DNA of 56,954 nucleotides, from positions 49,353,946-49,410,899 of the forward strand of contig NC_068984.1 of assembly GCF_001194135.2 (NCBI RefSeq), in the 5' to 3' direction. A program made the position numbers and the translations under genes. The DNA comes from Octopus bimaculoides (Eukaryota). Of the stretch, positions 37,686-48,695 are shown one piece after another. Position 1 is the first letter of the stretch. Each line of letters opens with the position of its first letter. The notes beneath the pieces were generated by a model, which saw only the letters and a list, made by a program, of their open reading frames with translations, made no database searches and was not told the DNA's origin.

Positions 37686-38010
37686 TGGAGGCGCAATGGC
37701 CTAGTCGTTAGGGCAGCGGACTCGCGGTAGGAGGATCGCGGTTTCGATCGATTCCCAGACCGGGTGTTGTGAGTGTTTATTGAGCGAAAACACCTAGAGC
37801 TCCACAAGGCTCCGGCAGGAGGTGGTGGCGACCCTTGTTGTACTCTTTCACCTCGACTTTCTCGCACACGTTCTTCCTGTTTCTTGAGTAACGCTGCGAT
37901 GGACTGGCGTCTCGTCTAGTTGGGGTGAACACATACGCCATAGAAACCGGGAAACCGGTCCCATGAGCCTTGCTAGGCTTTGAAAGGATATAAATAAAAA
38001 TAATAATGAT
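37686..38010 (+). mobile_element. SINE with family C head/body but a different 3' module
   Basis: Matches 10561-10755, then gtaacgctgcgatggactggcgtctcgtc..catagaaaccgggaaaccggtcccatgagcc and an A-rich end. Confidence 0.85.
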
Positions 38011-38074
38011 CAAAGGGATTTTAGTGGTGACTCTTCAGTCTTTTAGGCCTATATAGGGCATTATCATCCTTTCC

Positions 38075-38295
38075 TAAGGCGGCGAGCCGCCAGAATCGTT
38101 ATCGTGTCGTGTAAAATGCTTAGCGGCATTTCATCCGTCATTGCGTTCCCAGTTCAAATGCCGCCGAGGTCGACATTGCCTTTCATCCTCTCGGGGTTGA
38201 TAAAATGAACACCAGTTGCGTACTGGGGTTGATGTAATCGACTTACCCCTACCCCAGACTTGCTTGCCTTGTGTCAAAATTTGAAACAAATATCT
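38075..38295 (+). mobile_element. SINE family A, full length
   Basis: aaggcggcgagc..cagttcaaatgccgccgaggtcgacattgcctttcatcc..gccttgtgtcaaaatttgaaac. Confidence 0.9.
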
Positions 38296-38378
38296 TTTCC
38301 TTATGTAAAAGTGTATGGGGTCATTTGAGGGAAATTTGGCACTAGATCTAACAGACTACGTAGAAGCTCCACTATTGA

Positions 38379-38619
38379 CGAGCATATGGTGTAGTGGTTA
38401 AGAGCTCGGGCTACTAACCCCAAGATTCCGAGTTCGAATAATAATAACAATAATATTAATAATAATAACATCATCGAAAAATACCTTAGGAATGAGGACC
38501 CAGGTTCGAAATTTCCCCAAAACACCTGATGAAGGCTGGAGGGTATATCAGCCGAAACGTTGTGTTAACAACAAACAAGATGAGGACAAATATCCGTCAA
38601 TTGTAAATAATGTAAATAA
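38379..38619 (+). mobile_element. tRNA-headed SINE family E with intact hammerhead
   Basis: A-box tggtgtagtggtt, GGG-ctactaa-CCC arm, B-box gagttcga, (AAT)n, body, hammerhead 38521-38566, tail (TGTAAATAA)2. Confidence 0.85.
38521..38566 (+). ncRNA. Minimal type-I hammerhead ribozyme
   Basis: AACAC-CUGAUGA-A-GGCUG[GAGGGUAUAU]CAGCC-GAA-ACGU-U-GUGUU: 5-bp stems I and II, extra A after A9, palindromic ACGU stem III, GUU site after 38561. Confidence 0.8.
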
Positions 38620-38629
38620 TGACTTATTT

Positions 38630-38760
38630 TTATCTTTTACTTCCTTCAGTCATTAGACTGAGGCCATACTGGAATTTTTAGTCGAATAAATCGACCCGGT
38701 AGTTTTTTTTTTAAAAAGCCTGGTACTTATTCTATGGGACTTTTTGCCGAACTGCTAAAT
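38630..38760 (-). mobile_element. SINE family B 3' part
   Basis: cagtcattagactgaggccatactgg..agcctggtacttattctat..gccgaactgctaa. Confidence 0.75.
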
Positions 38761-39326
38761 GAACCATTGTTCAGTGCTCTTGTAGACCCTTCGATATGGA
38801 GAATATGACGGAAATAAAGTAGATGGGAAAATAAAGAAAGAAAACATATATGAATTAATGAATGAATGTGGATGGGAGAACGAGATAATGCAAAGAAAAC
38901 AATAAAAGAAAGAATGAGGAAATAAATAAAAAGAAACGAAATAATCGCAAGACAATCAAAGAATGATGAATGAAAGAACGAATTTTTTAAATGTTTTGTT
39001 AGTTTCGCTCATTGGACTGCATCCATGCTGGGAGTACTGCAATCGAGGATTCTTAGCTCCATGATTGACCAAGAGATCGGGAGTAAAAAGTCAAGCAAAT
39101 ATGGATATTCAAGGAATTACAGACCTGGAATCAGAAATAGGACTCGTACAAAGAAATACCGAAGAGACTAGAGGCGAGTGCAGCCAATGCTGTAAAACAG
39201 TTCGTACCTAAGTGAGATTGAAGATACATCAAGGCAAGGAGTGTCTGAAGAAATCAAAGTAGTAAAGGTCATTAGACAGTGAAACACGAAAGCGCATGCT
39301 AAAACACATATCCAAATTAAATAGGC

Positions 39327-39376
<50 letters not shown>

Positions 39377-39653
39377 CTGAAGGTCTATATTGGCGTATGT
39401 TAAAGGAGATGACTTGACTAAATGGTGTTTTGTAGAAGTGTTGTGCATTGTTGTACATACAGTGGTTCGAATAATCTTAGTTTCTGATATAAAATATATT
39501 AAATTAAGAATCAATGATCTCAATAATTCCCTATTAAATATGATAGTTTCCCTTTCATGATAGTTTAGTATTTAATCTGGAGGTAGGTTGTTTACCAGCT
39601 TTATATCGATGATTAGATTAATGAAGGTAGCGAATGGCTGATTTAATCTAAAA

Positions 39654-39710
<57 letters not shown>

Positions 39711-41628
39711 ATGATGATGATGACGTTGTTAAATGCCAGCTCAGTCCTAAGTGAGCAGGCTTACCATTGGTGTCCGATTTGTTACCACTCCATATATTGC
39801 TGAGGAAATTTCGCTACTATTTCTAGCAGTTAGTTGAGTTGCAGTAATGGTATTAGTTGTAGCAGTAGTCAAAGTTACAATAATAGTAACAACAAAAGAA
39901 CATTGATTCACGTACACTGTAGTTATAATAATGTTTGACAAAGTTTTTGAAGTCATACGTTCAAGACAGACCTTTCGACTATTTAGATTTTCTCGTTTTG
40001 CTTTTTTCTCCTAAAGATTGAAGGGACAGTTCGCTCAAACTATCCGACACGTAAATATTTTAATGTGGATTGCACAATACTTTACGATAATTATGATCCG
40101 TAACGTTCTGAGTTTAAATCCGGAATCGATAGAATTAAATATCAGTCAAGTATTGATATCGCTTTAAGTGGATACACTCTCCCCCAAAATATTTAACCTT
40201 GTGTCAAAATGGAAAGTTAATATTTTACAGGCAAGGTACTGGGCATTTAATGATTCAGGATCCGAAAAAATTGATGTTCTGCATCGACGAAAATCAATCC
40301 ATAAAAGTTCGTAGGAAAAAAAAATTACTGTGATTTATTTTTCATCCACAAACTTTTACGGATTCATCAGATTAGTTATAATGACACTCAGAATAGTATT
40401 CAGATTAGCTTTCGGAAGAATTTTATAATAGTATTATTCAGAATAGTGTTCAGAAAGATGTCGAGCCAAAAGAAACCAGAACTATCAGTAATGATTAATA
40501 CAGAAATTTTTTAGTAAAGACACGTTAAATAACAAAAAAAAAAAATTTTAATAATCCTGTCAGTAAAAATAAAAACAAAAACACACTGTCAGAATACAAG
40601 AATTAGAAAACTAGAAAATCTGAAATAACATTCAAGACGTCATTTTATATAATTTAAAGAGATTCGTAGAATAGTTGTTTCGTTCTGCGTTTTTTTTTTT
40701 CTTTTTGTAATTTTCAGTTTCAGATTAGACCTCAGCGTTCAGACATGTGATCAAAGACGCTTCAGTTGTTACTATCATTAATTCTGTATGTAAAGAACTA
40801 CATTGTTTTATGTGCTCTTTCCTTTTCAAAGTGTAAATTGGGAGAGATTTTACTGATATTTCTAGCAGGTCAAGCATTTTCAAATAGGTTCTTTCATTGG
40901 CACATAGTTCTATTTTTAGCTGATTGAGAAACACAGCACTCTTCATTTACAGAGCAGTGATCTGTCATAGACAGGAAACTCTGCACGATTGAGGGTCTCA
41001 GTGTCTGGGACTTTGCCTGTCAATGAATATAAAACATTTTATGCAGGCAGCTCTAAACAGTTCATGTTTCACTGGCTTAAGGCAAAATTGGCAAAACAGT
41101 AGTTCTGAAGGTTGAGATCCTTCTTCATTCAAACTTTCTTGTGAGATGTTTTTCTCTGGTCTTATTTTTGATGATATGCATCCTAGCGAAACGTTTGGAG
41201 CTAAGGGAAATTATATACGCACGTTGCTTTCCCGCTTATCTTTTTTACATAGTGTCCAAGGTGCCGGGGTATTATATTTGTATCAAAAAGATTTATCATG
41301 TTGTGACACGGTCTATGAAGTTTGCTGCGGCATAAATTGTTCTTCACATTTCAAAGTGGTCATTTTGTGACATTGAGTACAACCTGTACAAGTACGCTGT
41401 TACGTATATTTTGTACTTTATAACGTATCACTGTAAGGAGGTTCGGTGCGAAGGCAGAGTTGGTACAATTCTTGATGTATCTGTATTGTTTTACATGATT
41501 ACAGTTGGTTCTTCGGCTAAACGCAGTAAGTGGGTGTTCTGGATATGATCTGTTTTGTCTGCTGTGTCGTCTACGCATTCGGAGAGTTTTCGCATTTTGT
41601 TTTTGGTGTTTTCTTCTCTCTCTCTCTT

Positions 41629-41736
<108 letters not shown>

Positions 41737-41829
41737 TGCATGTGAGCTTGTGTGAAGTATGTTTATATTTTTAAGTGTGGTGCTTGGTTTCATCTTATGT
41801 TCTGTGCTGTTGCTAGGAAAAAAGAGACA

Positions 41830-44120
41830 ATGGATTTGGTAGATGCTACCGTAAGCCAATCCTTTCAGAGCCAGTTTCTTAGTCAGTTAGAGTAGTTGTG
41901 CAGCAGTCTGGAGAATAATAGAATGATGTGAGTGTGTTGTCATTGACGTATGAGGTTATGAATGCATTTTAAGGATCTGTAGGAAGGTCATGTGTAAATA
42001 TATATATTGAAAGGATTGTGATATAGCCTTCGGAAAATTAGAAATTTTTACGTGACGCTACAAGGGCTTGACGACTTGGCAAAGAGCTTTCTAACCACCA
42101 TTTAGTGTTGTTTGTAGGGAAGGCGCTGTGTATATAAGTTAACTGTGGAGTATGGAATCAAAATCATTATTGATATCAATGCTAGACAGTTTGGTGTGTG
42201 TAGGAGTTTTATAATTTATGTACTTTATGTTTGTTAGATCGGTGCATTAGTTTATTGTAATTGTCTGAATCGGTGTTGTGAGTTGGAAATAGTACGGACT
42301 TGTGATAAATGGATTGGGTTTTCTAAAATTATTGAGGGCAAACATAAATGGATGATACTAATTCACTTTAGTTGTGTTGGACTAGAGAATTACGATTTTT
42401 CAAAGCTTCCAGGTTGTATTTAAGAACTTTTGTATAAGTAATTGTGAAGGCGCATGGCTCCGTAGTGAGAGCGTCGAGCTCACAATCAGATAATAAGTTC
42501 GATTCCCGGACTAGGCTGTGTGTTGCATTCTTTAGCAAGGCTCTTTATTTCAAGTCGCTCCAGTTCACTGAGGTGTAGAAATGAGTGGCGATGTCACTGA
42601 TGCCAAGGCGTATCAGCTTTTGCCTTTCCCTTGGATAACATCGGTGGCATGAAGAGGATAGGCTGGTATGCATGAGCGACTGCTGGTCTTCCATAAACAA
42701 CTTTGCCCGGACTTGTGCCTCGGAGGATTCCTTTCTAGGCGCAATCCCATGGTCATTCATGACAGAAGGGGGTCTTTTTATAAGACATTGTTATTGTTAT
42801 TTTCTTTATTCGTCCAAGGTCATCCCTAATAAAAAACGACCTTTGATCAAAGGCATTCCAACTGTGACCATCTTGTCTTGTTTTTCTATGTGAAGGAAGA
42901 GTATTTAATTTGACCTTTTCTAAAACAATAAGGTATGATTTGAGGCATTTTTGGCTATCATTTGTATCAAGTCATGTAACTGTGGCAGAGGCTCTTTTGA
43001 TGTATCATTAGCACAGGTGGTTATAAATGGTGAATGTAATGATTCTTTCAGGCCCTAAAAGATTTACGTATATGCTTGTAATTTTCTCGTGGCTTGACTT
43101 TTCAGAAATTTCAGATTTCACTATTGTTGTGTCTGAGCAAGAAAGGGCCCAATATCACGGTTGTTTAACTCCAGGCAAGCCTGATTGAACTGGACCTAGA
43201 ATGAAAAACATTCTAGCTAAGACATCGTATATTTTATACTACTTTAACTAATGTAGTCTAATGTGTCAGCTTGTTTAAGATGGTAGGTTGAATCGAAGGG
43301 GAATTTATCTGCTAATTCTAGTTGATCGAGTAACCACTTAGACATTGTTGGCTTGTCAATATCATTGTATATGTGGGAGGTGCGTGTTTTTCGTTTTGTG
43401 TTCTTGCTTTCATTGTATGATTTTTAGGAGTTGATTTTCGAAAAATGTCTGATAAGGACTTGCTTGGTGTTGGAGTATGTTATTTTGACATAGGGTGTGG
43501 TGGAAGTTACTGATAACGCTAATTACTTTATATAGTGTTTTACTGTAAGTTTTGTGGTTTGTGTTGGATACACTGCTTGCAAGTTTCCTGTTTTTCTATG
43601 GATTGAATTCCTTGTTATTTCCTTGTTAAGTTGTTTGATGCTGAGTGTTATTTTTATTGTGCGGCGTTGTATTGCCTTTGGTGATGTCCTTCGTTTTTAT
43701 GAGATTGGTTATTTTTGCTATAAAAATCGGGATTATAATTTTTACGTTGTTTTATGGAGCTGTTCTTTGGATGTGACTATAATTATTTTGTTGCATGTAT
43801 GTATTGTAATATCTATGCTGGTGATTGTAATGTTGTTGAATTATGCAAAACTGATTCTATTTCCTGGTGAAACTGGTTTCACTAGGATTTTTCAAAGTTT
43901 GTAAAACTGCTTTCACTTTGTTCATTGATGTGTAAGTTTGTTGTTATGATAATGGTCAGGTGGTCAGAGGAGACAAGGGGGATTATTTGCCAGTGGTTAT
44001 GGTGACTAGGTGAATAGAACAAAAGATAATATCTGCAGAGGAATTGCACTAAACTTGGTGGGGTGCTTGTGTGCTGATTGTTTCGGATGTAAAGAGTTTA
44101 TTTGTGATCTTATTGCATCA

Positions 44121-44184
<64 letters not shown>

Positions 44185-44450
44185 TGTAGTAGTAGTTCAT
44201 TGAAGTGTTCCCTTATTGTGGCATTTGGTAGAGTATAAAATTGTTATATTTGAAGTGTTATAGTTGGTTAGGTTGCTAGTGGTATATAAAGACAATGTTA
44301 TAGCAATCGGTTTCATGTTACTGGCGTTTATTTTGCATGTCTGCATATCTAGTTTGTTATCGTGCACCATTAGAGTTTTAGTCTCGTTTGTGGTACTGGA
44401 TACATGATTTTAAATATGCTATGAGGTCTTTTCTTTAGTGATACAATCTA
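41830..44450 (-). mobile_element. Highly decayed I/Jockey-like LINE (APE + RT), interrupted by SINEs and (AGT)n
   Basis: Minus: SSDHLTI..SFTNFEKS (~43900-43960); ISNSQHRFR..SIDINNDFDSILHS (~42150-42290); YTHDLPT..TSYVNDNTL (~41930-42000). Confidence 0.6.
42444..42780 (+). mobile_element. tRNA-derived SINE family D (CORE-like central segment)
   Basis: gaaggcgcatggctccgtagtgagagc..aagttcgattccc..ctttagcaaggctctttatttcaagtcgctccagttcactgaggtgtagaaatgagt. Confidence 0.8.
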
Positions 44451-44663
44451 TCCCACTTTATCAAACTGTACGTTGAAATTCGAGGTGCTCAGTTTTGCGG
44501 GTATAATCAGTTTCTGAACTATCACAATGTAAATATCGTGTATGATGATAAAAATGATTACACTTCTAATGACGTTTCTTTGTCTTTCTTTGATTACTGT
44601 TGTAGTGTCGTGCTTTATTTGTTGTTTGTTTTTAATATTTTGTCTTATGCGAGCAAATGAAAC

Positions 44664-44935
44664 AGTGCGGCCTAGTGGTTAGGTTTTCGGACTCAGGAAC
44701 ATTAATTCGTGGGTTCGATCATCGAACTGGGCAATGCATTATGCCTTTGAGCAAGGTACATCATTTCAAATTGTTCCAGTCATCTCAGCTGCAAATTAAC
44801 AGTAGAAGCAGCGGGGGCGGGGTTTAATCCAGCAACTAATGGTGTTCTGTTTAGGGAGAATTTTGAACTCTCGGTCACTCAAACACCTCAGAAACTTGGG
44901 TATGGTCCCATGTGCCTGCAGACTCAAAACAAAAT
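44664..44935 (+). mobile_element. Old mosaic SINE: tRNA head + CORE-like segment + 3' module like 37890-38010
   Basis: gcggcctagtggttagg..gggttcgatc..ctttgagcaaggtacatcatttcaaattgttccagtc..agaaacttgggtatggtcccatgtgcc. Confidence 0.6.
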
Positions 44936-46050
44936 TTGCGATTACAAGTTATATTTTTTCTGTGTGAGTTATTGGGAATTTTAAAGTAATTATTAGATGT
45001 GCACACATTATTAAAAACGAAAAAAAACTTGATTTACACAATAAAGTTTATTTTCGCTTAACTATTATAGATCAAGAGACAATTGAGTAAAAACTGTAGC
45101 TGTTATTAGTATAAACCAAAAGAATGAAATAAAAAGTAAAGGAAGACTAGCTGTAGCCGATTTGAACTCCAAGTTGTGAAACAATGTACAAAACACTATA
45201 GTTTATCTCATCTTCGTCAGTTACACTACAATACTACCTAGTATACTGGTCTTATCTATTTATTTTCCTTTTAATAACAAGTGAGACTAATTACTATAAT
45301 CAAACCAGTACACAAGTATTACTGGTAATTATTTCGTCCACCTAGTAAGAATGAAGCTTAAATCTTTTACTGTGAAAAATAAATCCGCAACAGACGGTTA
45401 CGGAATAGTATATTACCGTAAGTCTAGCATAGGTAACCTTTTTCTAGGAGCGAGCCCTAGTGGATACTGTGCCACTCCAATTACAAAATCAATTAGCAAA
45501 ACCCATATGTCATACGTATTTATTAGATGATAATTTGGGATCACCGAAGTCAAATAAACATCGATCGAGAGAAAGCCTGAATAAATGAGAGGGACAATGA
45601 AATAAGATTGTTCAAATTAAATTAGTCACACCTGAAGATACTATTACAAAATTTTAGTAAAGCTCTATTTTTCTTTATTCATGACATTAAGTGTGCCATA
45701 CCAAAAGCTCATAAAGGGAGAGCGCATGCAACCAGAGAGTTGTTGCATATTACCCATACTCGCTGTAAGGTAACAAAAATTACCAACTACTTCCTTGCAG
45801 TATTTTCATGACATGCATAACGTATATCGACATACGCATATGATATGAATTAATATTATATTATATGATACGTGGGTTTGTGTGCAAATGAACATCCTAC
45901 ATCTGTCTAATTAAACACTGCTGCAAATTCCTACGTGTCAAACATGGGCAGGATGTTGAATTCGAAGTATCACTCTTAATACGCTGTACAGTCTGATGAA
46001 AAAGCAAGTTACTATATACTTCTCTCTCTTTTTCTTTCTCCTTCATTCTC

Positions 46051-46138
<88 letters not shown>

Positions 46139-46457
46139 GATACAAACATATTCGTGCATACGCATTGACTTATACTTGCACGAGCCAAAGAGGAAGCATC
46201 TGAGCAGTCGTTTGTCTTATTAGAAAGAGATGCAATCTCTTAATGAGGGACGCAGTCAACATTATAGTCACTGCTTGACAAGAAGGTAGAATGACCACAG
46301 CTGGAACAACTTTCAGTATAGGTCGTCTCGGTCAAAATTGACCAAGGGGGAAATAACAACTTACAGCTTCTGCCAGGGTATATACTTATAAGCATGCATG
46401 TATACTTATATATAGATATAGATATAGCTAGCTAGATAGATAGATAGATAGATACAT

Positions 46458-46514
<57 letters not shown>

Positions 46515-46607
46515 TACATACGGACAGACAGACAGATAGACAGACATAATGTAGACTGTCGGAAGTAAGAGAACTGAATATCATAACAGATTGATATTTT
46601 ATATTTT

Positions 46608-46830
46608 AGTTGAGGTGGCGAGATGGCAGAATTGTTAGCACGCCGGATAATATGCATAGATGCATTTTGTCCGTCTTTATGTTCTGAGTTCAAATCTGCC
46701 GAAGTAGACTTTGCCTTTCATCCTTTCGAGTCTATAAAATAAGTACCAGTTGAGCGCTGAGGTCCATGCAATCGACTTCCCTACTACTCCGAAGTTGCTG
46801 GCCTTGTGCGAAAATTTGAAATCAATATCT
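46608..46830 (+). mobile_element. SINE family A, full length
   Basis: gaggtggcgagatggcagaattgttagcacgcc..gagttcaaatc..gccttgtgcgaaaatttgaaatc. Confidence 0.9.
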
Positions 46831-47312
46831 TTATTTTGGTGGGGGGGTCTGGAATTTTACCTGTATAATCATGGGCTCATCAGGCAAGTAGTAACGTGCC
46901 TGATAACCCAGTGAGCACAGACGAAACACCAAAGCAGCGAGTGATAGACTCGTCTAAAACAGAATATACATGCATGCATATATACATATGCAAATGCATG
47001 TTTGGCTTCTGTTGTTTTGTTTGTTTTTGCTTAGTTGAATATGTGTGTGATCTACATATTTCTTGGCCTACTATGAAAGAAATTTCGGTTTATAACCCAG
47101 CGGGAGCCTAGGTTAGCTATAAGCCGAAGCATTGTTTTAATTCTTCAATGTCCAGAAATTATTCAGCTCTTAGTTTTCAAAAAGATTACATAACACGATA
47201 TAATTCGCTATCCTCTCCGCGATAAATAATCTACACAACATCATTTTTAGTTTACTTCAATCTAATTGGTACTATGTACCTGATTAGTTTCCTACATATA
47301 TATATATATATA

Positions 47313-47990
47313 CAGGGTGTTCCATAAAGGGCGCCGAATTTAAAAGGTGAATAATTAAAACGAATTCTTATAAACATGGTTATATTTTGCATATTTCTAA
47401 TGATTTATGTATCCCGTTTAGGTATGGAACGCAATGTCGGTGATATGTCCACCTGTACTGAGTCTGCATACATTTATGCGCTCCTCGATATCTCCGATAA
47501 CTCTCTCACAGATGTGTGGCCCAATGCCTCCAATCACAAGCCTGATTTCAGCCTTAAGTTCAGGAATTGTACGAGATTTCTTGATGTATACCTGTGATTT
47601 CGCATACCCCATAAGAAGAAATCACAAGAGTTAAGATCGCAGGACCTTGGTGGACATTGCTGGTCATCATGCATGGATATCACTCGTTGCGGAAATTTTT
47701 CGTAAGTAATGCAAGTGTTTGGCGCGAAGTGTGGCAGATCGCTCCATCCTGGAGTTGACAACCAGTGGTTGTCAATCTCCGCATCTTCTAAGTTCGGACA
47801 TAATTGAGTGGATAGCATGTTTCGGTAGCATTCTCCATTTATGGTAACTGCATTCCCCTTCATCATTTTCAAAAAAGTACGGTCCAAGCACTCCACCTGC
47901 TCCAAAATCACACCACACAGTCACTTTCAGTGGATGTATTTCATGCACTTGCATTATTTGAGGACTTTCACTTCTTCAAATGCGGCAGTT
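47313..47990 (-). mobile_element. Tc1/mariner-superfamily remnant (DD41D type): 3' half of transposase and one TIR
   Basis: HPLKVTVWC..GVLGPYFFEN..QDGAICHT..PPRSCDLNSCDFFLWG; TIR starts CAGGGTG at 47313 directly after TA. Confidence 0.9.
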
Positions 47991-47994
47991 CTGT

Positions 47995-48073
47995 TTATTG
48001 ACAAACACACCAACATCGGTTGTCAAGCGATGGGAGGGACACACACACGAACACACACACATACATACATAAT

Positions 48074-48108
<35 letters not shown>

Positions 48109-48121
48109 AACACGCACACAT

Positions 48122-48153
<32 letters not shown>

Positions 48154-48695
48154 NNNNNNNNNNNNNNNNNNNNNNNNNNNNNNNNNNNNNNNNNNNNNNN
48201 NNNNNNNNNNNNNNNNNNNNNNNNNNNNNNNNNNNNNNNNNNNNNNNNNNNNNNNNNNNNNNNNNNNNNNNNNNNNNNNNNNNNNNNNNNNNNNNNNNNN
48301 NNNNNNNNNNNNNNNNNNNNNNNNNNNNNNNNNNNNNNNNNNNNNNNNNNNNNNNNNNNNNNNNNNNNNNNNNNNNNNNNNNNNNNNNNNNNNNNNNNNN
48401 NNNNNNNNNNNNNNNNNNNNNNNNNNNNNNNNNNNNNNNNNNNNNNNNNNNNNNNNNNNNNNATATATATATATATATAGATATAGATATATAGATATAT
48501 AGATATATATATATGTGTGTGTGTGTGTATGTGTGTGTGTGTGTATACGACGGGCTTCTTTCGGTTTCCGTCTACCAAATCCACTCACAAGGCTTTAGTC
48601 GGCTCGAGGCTATAGTAGGAGACACTTGCCCGAGGTACCAATCAGTGGGTTGAACCAGGAACGATGTGGATAGGAAGCAAGCATATACCAAACAG
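47995..48695 (-). mobile_element. SINE family B with gap in expanded internal microsatellite
   Basis: cgacgggcttctttcggtttccgtctaccaaatccactcacaaggct (48547-48595) and aaacacaccaacatcggttgtcaagcgatgg (~48003-48033). Confidence 0.85.

Noticed and set aside
38379-38440. tRNA gene (also other A/B-box heads such as 9473, 10561, 36575, 42444)
   Set aside because: No complete acceptor stem or cloverleaf, and each continues into a repeated SINE body.
39100-39210. Short ORF MDIQGITDLESEIG..CSQCCKTVRT
   Set aside because: 36 codons with no recognisable motif or splice support.
40290-40372. Minus-strand CUGAUGA-AUCC..GGAU-GAAA looks like a hammerhead core
   Set aside because: No stem III, cleavage triplet or stem I; the pairing belongs to a short local inverted repeat.
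41168-41200. UUGAUGA..GAAACGUU
   Set aside because: Stems I and II do not pair.
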